From Phallusia mammillata (lineage: Eukaryota): 64,000 nucleotides of DNA. The notes under the pieces are model-generated. The model ran no database searches. It was not told where the DNA came from and worked only from the letters and a program-made list of their open reading frames with translations. This document shows, piece after piece, positions 40,901 through 48,494 of this stretch; position 1 is the first letter of the stretch; each line of letters opens with the position of its first letter. The translations under genes and the position numbers were made by a program. The DNA is taken from positions 24,986,001 through 25,050,000 of the forward strand of contig OZ281496.1 of NCBI GenBank assembly GCA_965637545.1, in the 5' to 3' direction.

Positions 40901-41436
40901 TAGCGACAGATTTAGTGGTTTTTCACACTGAATTTTCTTGATCTGATTTTAATGACCCTGAATCGTCGCAGTCGTTTTACTTGAAAGGAGATTTCAATAA
41001 TAAGAAAAGAATTACTACGTAACTTTAGCTACTGTTTTATTTTGTATAATATGCCTTTAGGGAACTGTTTGCATGGAATGTTACCAAATACAATAATATC
41101 TCTTGGTAAGACGATTTCATACATACATAACGAAAGCGTAACCACTTCCCGTCCCGTTTAAACTCTAAGGGAAGGTGGTCGTCTATCAATCTGCCAATCT
41201 ACAGGATGGATCTGTTTACTGTTTATGCTCGATATTTTATTATTTGATGTTTCGGAGTCTACGTAAACAATACATCTAAGACCATTATAACTGCTGCAAA
41301 GTGAACAAACAACCCCAAAACCAACACAGCGATAAAATACAGCGTTTCATTTTGTAAAATACAAGTTATTTTTACCTGCTGTAATACTTTGTGCTAAAAA
41401 AGCCAAAGCAACCACTATAGGAGCTAGGTTTCTCAT
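1..41436 (-). CDS. Giant multi-exon secreted protein: signal peptide, ~69 tandem H-type-lectin-like domains with Thr/Pro linkers, 2 LCCL domains; 3' end lies outside the window
   Basis: Domain exons of 240-255 nt (e.g. 141-386, 29769-30008, 30714-30968, 38698-38943) alternate with 24-63 nt linker exons (e.g. 456-512, 30608-30631). All checked exons are bounded by AG/GT, are multiples of 3 and are phase 1-1. The ORF track shows no stops inside the domain exons. The fold assignment rests on the pattern LQxG...F...V.V...F.V.V...F.V.V.RxD...GW...Y/W and is inference. Confidence 0.85.
7960..31110 (-). repeat. About 10 copies of a ~2349-bp higher-order tandem repeat, each with 5 domain exons (D-C-B-A-A') and 5 linker exons
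   Basis: Equivalent ORFs recur at 2348-2350 bp steps (e.g. 14161, 16510, 18860, 21209, 23558, 25907, 28255, 30604), and introns are also near-identical between copies. D=VIQSGIHGVG..., C=VLQKGDVVVP..., B=LQEGKM.IPP..., A=ALQNGSMTIP..., A'=ALQTGSMIIS... Confidence 0.95.
31542..32045 (-). CDS. LCCL domain 2 (exons 31878-32045 and 31542-31673)
   Basis: Close paralogue of LCCL 1 with the same 168+132 nt exon split. It is part of a duplicated [linker-LCCL-domain] unit. Confidence 0.9.
32681..33524. mobile_element. Non-autonomous hAT (Charlie/Buster-like) element, 844 bp
   Basis: TIRs (t)aggggtgtgcaacc ... ggttgcacacccctg, with 8-bp TSD atctaaac at 32673-32680 and 33525-33532. The empty paralogous site is visible at ~31530. 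Confidence 0.9.
33537..34026 (-). CDS. LCCL domain 1 (exons 33859-34026 and 33537-33668)
   Basis: CPAGC...LWGTGMYTDDSYICAAAIHDGRI followed by DSGGIVTV...YTGSTKNNVTSKSY..WGGSF matches the LCCL signature (CPxxC, GTxxYxxxSxICxAAxHxG, GS.NGV.S). Confidence 0.9.
34150..36808 (-). mobile_element. Two tandem Helentron/HINE-like non-autonomous elements with internal ~125-bp repeats
   Basis: Each unit has a hairpin gtttctgc-NN-gcagaaac (34191-34208; 35272-35289), then atgggtcccc (34211; 35292) with its inverted copy ggggacccat at the far end (35201; 36795). Internal repeats contain ccattttagggggctagtggggtaa. The family assignment is by architecture only. Confidence 0.55.
35436..35752. mobile_element. 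hAT (Charlie/Buster-like) MITE, 317 bp, nested in a HINE-like element
   Basis: TIRs caggggtgtgcaacct / aggttgcacacccctg, with 8-bp TSD gtttaaag at 35428-35435 and 35753-35760. Confidence 0.92.
36916..38943 (-). CDS. Divergent 5' domain and linker exons: 38698-38943, 38490-38522, 37914-37955, 37064-37303, 36916-36951
   Basis: Manual translation gives ALQDGLSVVPASLYPTTTITVPFNKSL...KICDSGFTIAIKRNDLAIGWNQSLDLQWKTLP; EPLALQNINST; VPTDLTTTSSRILP; SLQLGWMLVPPGF...QSCVNSS...KICDWGF...TLYWRIFA; DPPELAKLAIPT. All have canonical splice sites and phase 1. Confidence 0.8.
40383..40649. mobile_element. Palindromic Penelope-derived mini-element
   Basis: Perfect 91-bp inverted arms (40380-40470 / 40476-40566) with a 5-nt loop, flanked by the 13-bp direct repeat accctattacatg (40370-40382; 40650-40662). 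The arms carry a hammerhead motif. Confidence 0.7.
40482..40520 (+). ncRNA. Minimal type-I hammerhead ribozyme motif (mirror copy on the minus strand at 40426-40464)
   Basis: AGATA-CTGACGA-T-GCT(GTAAT)AGC-GAAA-TATA-T-A-TATCT: intact core, stem I AGATA/TATCT, stem II GCT/AGC, 1-bp stem III with a palindromic tetraloop, and a UH cleavage site. Confidence 0.75.
40786..41018. mobile_element. Second hairpin Penelope-derived mini-element
   Basis: Imperfect ~63-bp inverted arms spanning 40785-40939, flanked by the 13-bp direct repeat gtaactttagcta (40773-40785; 41019-41031). Confidence 0.65.
40838..40886 (+). ncRNA. Minimal type-I hammerhead ribozyme motif at the hairpin apex
   Basis: TATCGAAACA-CTGATGA-T-GCT(TTTAT)AGC-GAAA-TGCA-T-T-TGTTTTGATA: intact core, 10-bp stem I with one G-U pair that extends into the long hairpin, and a palindromic TGCA loop. 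Confidence 0.75.
41376..41436 (-). CDS. Probable first coding exon of the giant gene (signal peptide MRNLAPIVVALAFLAQSITA)
   Basis: ATG at 41436, basic residue, hydrophobic core, small residues near the end. The 61-nt exon ends in a phase-1 GTAAAA donor that matches the downstream phase-1 exons. Not in the ORF track. Confidence 0.7.
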
Positions 41437-43879
41437 ATCACCTCGTCACAGCGACTTATCAGATTCTACTTGTCCTGATAAATCACTTGTCCTGATAAAT
41501 CCTCAAAAACAAATTAACAAGAGTGTGTGCCACATTTGGCCAATTTATATTTTTTCTGTTCAGAAGTTAAAAAGACAAAGTTATTTCAGACCCTAATTGG
41601 ATTATGCCTTACTAATCGTTTTCTAGGCAGATTTTACTAGTGCGTTGCAACCCTAAAAACGTTAAATTTATTTAAAAAAAAGTGCTGTAAATGTGCCACT
41701 AATAGTTGGTTACTTTATTTTTGTCTGTCTGCTGCCGTCCGCCCAAAAATAATACGTAAATTTGTGTGCGTAATAATTTTGCTGCCTGTTTAACGGTAAT
41801 GAAATGCATCCTCATCTCTTCCAAATTTCTACAAATTCTACGTTTCTGTGACAAAGAAAAAGTTTTGCAACTCTGACCGTCTGTTCTTCAACTTAACCAG
41901 CCTTGCATCACAAAGGTCTGCACGCGCCTTTGTTGTGTAACGCTGTATGCGGAACTCCACCCCGAATACCTTCAACACTAACATCCTGTTCATCGAGACT
42001 TGATTTTACAAAGAAAAACTGTTGAGTGAAATTAAAAGTAGAGAAACTAGACGCTACTGTGGCTTGGTTTTGTGCATTTGTGATGTTCATAAATGTTGAT
42101 CTCCATACGAGTAATAACTCATCTTTAAAACAAAGAGTTTTGTCATCCGCAATTTGTTAAAACAAACATATGCTAGACATAATATCTTGCGACTTTTCGT
42201 TTATTCTCAATATGAGGCGTTGGCACGAATGATCAGCAAACAAAGTATATGCAAATAAAACAGGAGAATGTAGTAGAGGAGTCCGATTTTTTTTCAGCGG
42301 ACCTAGTACCTGAATAAATGAACAAATACTACATAACTCATAAACGCTAGGATTAGAGAGCGGAAGAAAGACACCATACCAATTGGCATTCAGTCATTTT
42401 TAAAGCACTTACTGGATATGATTAGTGCTCAAGCTTCTGAGTAAAATAAAACAATTATACAACACACGTTTTACTGAACAGATCTTTTTTGGAAGCTGGA
42501 CGAACTATTCAAGCATATAGTTTGGTGACCCCTGGTACCAATAAGAACAGCAGTAAAACAAGACGAACGATTGGATGCTCTACAAAATGTATCCGTTTTG
42601 GACATACAAAAAATGTGAGCTCAATTTTCAGGTAAACATTGTTTTGTCTGGGACTAAATTCAACCATTGTAATTAAAGTGTATGCCATCTTGCTCTACCT
42701 AAGGCGGACCGTAGACAAAAACACGAAAAAGAGTGAAATAAGGATTTTAGAGGATTCAGGAATTGTGTAGCACATCTCAAAGCTTTTTAATTGTTTATTA
42801 TTAACCTTCATTTTCGCATGAGGTGTAAGGTTAAAGACCATCATCGAAAAAACTTTTGTTGGTGTCATCATAGTATACTAACATGGTAGTCCAGCTATTG
42901 TTACCGTCACGCTTGATTAACACTGCACGCTTGTCGGATACTTGCATTGAGTTGGGTGATTGAAGAGCAGGAAAATGACAAAACTAAGCGTGTGTGGTCG
43001 GTTTTATGCATCTACCATGTGTAATATTACTACGTTTGGTTGAAATTGTGCTGTTGGAGAGTTTTTGTTGCCTTTCAGTCCTTCTTTAAACGCGTTGAAG
43101 TGATTTCAGCGTGGTTTTACTTAACATATTCAAGGGTTACTGATTTAATTAAAGTCTGGTGAAAATGGAACTTTCTGACTGCATTTTTAATGAACAGATG
43201 TTTAACGACATTGACCCCGACCAGGATTTCCGGACAGACGAAAAGTCAAGCTTAAACGAAGACCCTATTTTTCCAAAGTTAATCATTTTAAACCGTTAAC
43301 AAAGGGTAGATTTTTAATAAAAGACCGGATTAGATGAGAGACTATGCAAAAGAGTGCTGTGAAATAAATTATGGCACGCTATTTGCCTTCAGTTTAAGTG
43401 TTTATTACATGGTTATGATTGCATGTGGTGTTTTATTATGTTTAATATTGTAATTAATTGCATTTAAAATGTACATTTACCCTGGCACAGCGGACTACAT
43501 GTTATAGAAACATGGAAGTGAGATAAACATGCCATAGATCTTTGCAACAACATCCAGAACAATCTTGTACGATTACCAAGATGCAAAATCATGGTTTAAT
43601 TTAGATTGAAACAAAGCTTTTTCGATCTAAAATAGGGAACAATAAATTTATGTGCTGGTTAATGGTCATCGACAGTTGGTGTGAGCTAAAAAGACGTATA
43701 GTAAAGCGGATGCTTTATTTCAATGCAGTTCGATGATAGAAGAACGCGCAACAACAAAAACGCGCTTATAAGGCAACAACGACAATGCGAGAAAAAGGCA
43801 AAACGCACGCTTCGATAAACACGATTGTACACATGCAAGAGAGGTCGCCACAGGACCCCCCTCCAGAAGCGGGCATGCG

Positions 43880-46438
43880 TCACGCTTGGTAGCGTTGCGG
43901 GGGATGCACGTTCCGTCTTGGTCGTCCTCTGGCCGGAGGATGCGCGACTGGTACAGGTGCGGTCAAATCTACGTGGGCGGGCTTTAATCGGTCAATAGAA
44001 ATCGTCTGCGGACGACCGCCCATGTCTAACGTAAACGTTTTGTCCGACGTATGAAGGACCTTGTACGGACCATCGTACCGTGGGATCAGAGGAGGTCGGT
44101 GAGTGTCACGACGGACAAACACATAAGGACTGCCCTTCAGCGTTGAAGGGATGGACACGCGAGGGTTGCAGTGGCGTGACATCGGTTGGGGCAAAAGGCG
44201 TTGCAGAGTATCTCGCAACGTTGGCAAAAAAGTTGCAACGGAAGTATCTTCAGTGGCCAGAAAATCACCAGGCACCGTTAAAGGAGTGCCGTAAACCAAT
44301 TCGGCAGACGAAACATTCAAATCTTCTTTGGGGGCGGTGCGTATCCCAAGCAACACCCACGGCAACTCGTCTAGCCAATTGGATCCCGTTAATCGGGCCA
44401 TTAATGCACTCTTTAGGTGGCGGTGGAAGCGTTCCATAAGACCATTCGCTTGAGGGTGGAAAGCCGTCGTGCGGTGAAGATGCATACCTAAACGTTGCCC
44501 AAGAGAAGTCCATAGATCTGACGTGAATTGAGGGCCACGGTCAGAGGATACATGGAAGGGAATGCCAAATCTAGAAAGCCAATGGAAAGTAAGAGCACAT
44601 GCGCAAGTGGCGGTTGTAGCATCTTCCATGGGTATGGCTTCGGGCCAGCGGGTAAAACGGTCGACGACGGTTAATAAATACCTATACCCGCGGCAAGGTG
44701 GAAGTGGACCTACAATGTCTATGTTCACGTGCTGAAAACGAGAAGTGGGAGGGCTGTACTCGTGAAGTGGGGAATGAACATGCTGTTGAATTTTTGCCCG
44801 TTGGCAAGCAAAGCATCGTTTAGCCCACAACGCAACATTCTTTTTCAGCCCATGCCAAACAAACTTGGATGATATAAGCTTCCTCGTGGTACGGATGGAA
44901 GGATGTGACAACCCGTGGATGGCGTCAAAAACTTTCCTTTGCAAAGAGCAGGGAACAACAGGACGTGGTCGTCCAAGAGAAACATCACATAGAATAGTAG
45001 TCGGCGAACCTTCGATTGGAACATCCCTAAGAAGCAACCCAGTCACTGCAGTGCGGTAAGACTGAACTTCATCGGTCTGTTGTGCTTCAGCAAGAGCCTT
45101 ATGATCGAAATCGGCCAAAGAACTGTGTAGAGCATTAACAAACGATCTGGAAAGTGCATCTGCGACAGTGTTTGACTTGCCGCTGATGTGTCTGACATCT
45201 GTTGTATACTCCGAAATACACGACAGATGACGTTGCTGTCGAGCAGACCATGGTTCAGAAACCTTCTTGAATGCGAAAGTGAGGGGTTTATGATCGGTGA
45301 ATGCTGCAAACTTGCGCCCTTCAAGAAAATAACGAAAGTGCCTAATGGCCAGGTGAAGTGCTAAAAGTTCGCGATCAAAGGCGCTGTACTTGGTTTCAGG
45401 TTTTCGCAGCTGACGGCTGAAAAACGCAAGAGGGGCCCAATGACCTTCTGTAAACTGTTCGAGTACTGCGCCAACAGCTGTTTGAGAAGCATCAACTGTA
45501 AGCGCTATGCTGGCTTGCCACTGTGGGTGATGCAACAGGGTTGCACGAGCAAGAGCATTTTTTGCTTGGCAGAAGGCTTCTTTCATCTCAAGAGTCCATG
45601 TGAGTTCCTTTGGTTTACCAGATAAGGAACTATACAGTGGCTTCATGATGGTTGCAATGTTGGGCAGGAATCTGTGATAGAAGTTAAGCATACCCGAAAA
45701 CTCCTGTAAGCCTTTGACCGTTCGTGGCACAGAAAAATTTCGGATGGCATCAATTTTTGCAGGAAGAGGTTTAATGCCATGTTGGTCGACCAAGTGGCCG
45801 AGAAACTGTATGCTTCTTTTGCCAAACTCACACTTCTGGGGATTAACAACAAGTCCGTGATTGGAAAGGCATTGAAAAACTTGCTTTAAGTGTTCCATGT
45901 GAGCTGTCTGGTCTGGACTTGCAACCAGAATGTCATCAAGATATACATATAGAAACTGCAAACCTTGAAAAATGGAATCCATTAGTCTTTGAAATGTTTG
46001 TGCGGCATTCTTCAACCCAAACGGGGTTCGAAGAAATTCAAAGAGACCAAACGGCGTGATGACAGCAGTCTTTGCAATGTCTGCCTCTGCTACCGGAATC
46101 TGGTGATAGCCGCGTATTAAATCTATCTTTGAAAAGACAGTACAGCCATCAAGGCGGGCGGTAAAGTCGTGGATATTCGATATAGAATAACGATCAGCCT
46201 GCGTGGCCTCATTGAGACGACGGTAATCGCCACATGGGCGCCAACCACCGGCAGATTTTTCTACCATGTGAAGAGGGGAAGACCATGGGCTTGATGACCG
46301 ACGAACTATACCCAAATCGAGCATCTTCTGAAATTCTGCCTTTGCCAACAACAACTTCTCAGGCGAGAGGCGCCTGACGCGGCAATGCACAGGTTGCCCT
46401 GTGGTCACAATGTGATGTTGCACACCGTGTTTGGGCAA
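43880..46438 (-). CDS. pol: Gypsy Pol: reverse transcriptase, RNase H, integrase
   Basis: PWSSP, DYRRLN, KIDL..GYHQI, PFGLKNA, YLDDILV (RT); VDAS, DRELLAL, TDHKPL (RNase H); H-H-C-C zinc finger, DIVG/SDRG/ERFH (integrase); GPY motif. The RT-RH-IN order is Gypsy-type. Confidence 0.95.
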   Translation of the reverse strand: MPKHGVQHHIVTTGQPVHCRVRRLSPEKLLLAKAEFQKMLDLGIVRRSSSPWSSPLHMVEKSAGGWRPCGDYRRLNEATQADRYSISNIHDFTARLDGCTVFSKIDLIRGYHQIPVAEADIAKTAVITPFGLFEFLRTPFGLKNAAQTFQRLMDSIFQGLQFLYVYLDDILVASPDQTAHMEHLKQVFQCLSNHGLVVNPQKCEFGKRSIQFLGHLVDQHGIKPLPAKIDAIRNFSVPRTVKGLQEFSGMLNFYHRFLPNIATIMKPLYSSLSGKPKELTWTLEMKEAFCQAKNALARATLLHHPQWQASIALTVDASQTAVGAVLEQFTEGHWAPLAFFSRQLRKPETKYSAFDRELLALHLAIRHFRYFLEGRKFAAFTDHKPLTFAFKKVSEPWSARQQRHLSCISEYTTDVRHISGKSNTVADALSRSFVNALHSSLADFDHKALAEAQQTDEVQSYRTAVTGLLLRDVPIEGSPTTILCDVSLGRPRPVVPCSLQRKVFDAIHGLSHPSIRTTRKLISSKFVWHGLKKNVALWAKRCFACQRAKIQQHVHSPLHEYSPPTSRFQHVNIDIVGPLPPCRGYRYLLTVVDRFTRWPEAIPMEDATTATCACALTFHWLSRFGIPFHVSSDRGPQFTSDLWTSLGQRLGMHLHRTTAFHPQANGLMERFHRHLKSALMARLTGSNWLDELPWVLLGIRTAPKEDLNVSSAELVYGTPLTVPGDFLATEDTSVATFLPTLRDTLQRLLPQPMSRHCNPRVSIPSTLKGSPYVFVRRDTHRPPLIPRYDGPYKVLHTSDKTFTLDMGGRPQTISIDRLKPAHVDLTAPVPVAHPPARGRPRRNVHPPQRYQA

Positions 46439-46439
46439 G

Positions 46440-46780
46440 GTATCAGAAAACCGGGGGATTTGGGGAACATCTGCAATAGCTTGTCGTATGGAGAAAGCAA
46501 AGAATGAAGAGTGCTAAGCTGTGGCGGTTGACAAAGAGACATTTTCATGGGAAAACTTGTGAACGCTTCGGAGTGCACAAGACGTTTTTTGTCAATGTCG
46601 ACCGACAAACGATTAGCACGGAGAAAATCTGCACCAAGCAGTGGACGCGATACATCAGCCAACACAAACCTCCATTTGAAAACTCCAGCTGAAAAATGAA
46701 GTGTAACAGATTTGTAGCCGTAAGTAGCTATGGAACTTCCATTAGCGGCCTTAAGAAAGAAACCCGTATGGTTGGCACGT
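46440..46780 (-). pseudogene. Truncated aspartic protease segment, out of frame with RT
   Basis: LKAANGSSIATYG...FVLADVSRPLLGADFL is the C-terminal half of a retropepsin, and the catalytic DTG is missing. The frame breaks at ~46445-46465, before ...FSDTLPKHGV. Confidence 0.8.
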
Positions 46781-46945
46781 CGGGGTCAAAAGTAAAGCGG
46801 ATGCTTTATTTCAATGCAGTTCGATGATAGAAGAACGCGCAACAACAAAAACGCGCTTATAAGGCAACAACGACAATGCGAGAAAAAGGCAAAACGCACG
46901 CTTCGATAAACACGATTGTACACATGCAAGAGAGGTCGCCACAAT

Positions 46946-47465
46946 TAGGGTTCCTTCCCGGGAATGTCTCGACGGGAAATTCCCGGGATTTCCCGGCAAA
47001 ATTACGTTCCCGAATCCCGGGAAATTTGTTTTCAATTCCCGGGAAACAGACAAACAAGCAAAAACGTGTTAATTTTGTACAAAAATAATGGAAATGTTTA
47101 CATTTCTGCTAGCTGTTACGAAAATACGGCGTTTTGTAATTTTAATGATAAAGTAAGTAAGCGTTTTTATACGAGGTGGCGAATTATTTTCGCGAAAATG
47201 CGCCACCCAGCGGTACTAGAAAAAGCAAATTTATTTTTCGTAATTTCTGAATCTTGTTTACCTTCAAACAAGATTGCAAATATAGTTTAATCGACAAAAT
47301 CATGGCTAATTAGATGCCTCCAGCGAAAATAAACTAATTTTGCGATTGCAATGACTTAATTACCCACAAAAAATCGGCACATTTTTCAGTCGGGAATCCC
47401 GGGAAATGAAAAAATTATTTCCCGATTCCCGGGAATTAAAAAATCCGGGAAATAGAGGAACCCTA
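46946..47465. mobile_element. hAT-like MITE, 520 bp, inserted at the edge of the Gypsy 5' LTR
   Basis: TIRs tagggttcct / aggaacccta, many subterminal cccggga motifs, and 8-bp TSD gccacaat (46938-46945; 47466-47473) that overlaps the LTR terminus. Confidence 0.88.
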
Positions 47466-48494
47466 GCCACAATAGTATATTATTTAGTACGCTTAGGTAC
47501 GCACCGATAATCGCAGTGTGAACGGAAGGGGTCGAAGCAACTGTTGGGGAACCAAAGTGATGGCAATATGATTAATAAGCCAATAGATAGATATGCTGCA
47601 AATACTGCACACTGTTTTGACCTGTAAGGTCTAATCAGTGCACGTGATGACAAGACACAGGCCATGTTGGCTAGTTATGTAACAGACTGAAAAACCTTGC
47701 CTCGCCATTTCGGTTGATTGCCGCAATTTTAAAGCAATTCCTACAAAAAATGCCTGTTTATAAATTTTTAAAAATACACTACAAACAGTTCATACAATTG
47801 AAAGCTAAAAACGTTTTAATACCTCTACATACATTAAACAATAAACCCGATAACTAAAAAACTTCAAAACAGACACAGATTTGTCGCCAGCGGCTTTTAA
47901 AAACTAGCTATTTACCACGTACCTCATACAAAACTTCAGGCGACGTGCAGTGTTAGTCATGCGTAACCGAAATGCGCAGGATAATAAAAGAAACGAGAGG
48001 AAAAGAGGAGCTGGACTACCATGTTAGTATACTATGGTGTCATGTAGTTTAAAGATTCAAAATTTGTGTTTGATTTAACAACAAGAAACAGTGAAGCACA
48101 GCCACCAAAACATGCGTTGACACCATAGTTTTTTTACGCTCAATAAAGAATGGTTGTCTTTTTTTGCTAACGACTGTAGCCTTACAATCCAAGGTCCTAA
48201 TATATGTAATGTTTCTGAATGCAAAAATGCTTGATTTGAACAAATTGTTTGCAAAAACAGAACAGAAGTTAATGTCTCTTCGGCAAGTTGTTTTGGTTGC
48301 AGCGAATGTCTAGGCATGGTACTTTTAATTTACGGAAGTTTGGTCTGGGTGCACAGGCCCGATTTTGAAGCCACGATATAGGTTTCTGCGTTTCAAACGT
48401 ACCATAACTATTGTGGGTACTGTTTCTGCATTGCCCGTTCATCATCGCAAAACACAAACTTGAGCTCCGGGGTGTGCTTAAACCTTCTTTTGTA

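Larger units (their letters stand above)
43702..46943 (-). mobile_element. Ty3/Gypsy LTR retrotransposon with internal deletion (no gag)
   Basis: Two identical 151-bp LTRs (43702-43852; 46793-46943). Polypurine tract ggagggggg precedes the 3' LTR, and PBS-like gaccccgacg follows the 5' LTR. A 4-bp TSD atag is recoverable once the MITE is removed. Confidence 0.93.
42869..48036. mobile_element. P-element-like non-autonomous DNA transposon hosting nested insertions
   Basis: Perfect 28-bp TIRs catagtatactaacatggtagtccagct (42869-42896 / 48009-48036) and 7-bp TSD gtgtcat (42862-42868; 48037-48043). CATAG termini and a 7-8 bp TSD fit the P superfamily. No transposase was seen. Confidence 0.75.

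Noticed and set aside
44080-45852. ORFs overlapping Gypsy pol on other frames or the opposite strand
   Set aside because: Expected by-products of a GC-richer coding region, with no motifs.
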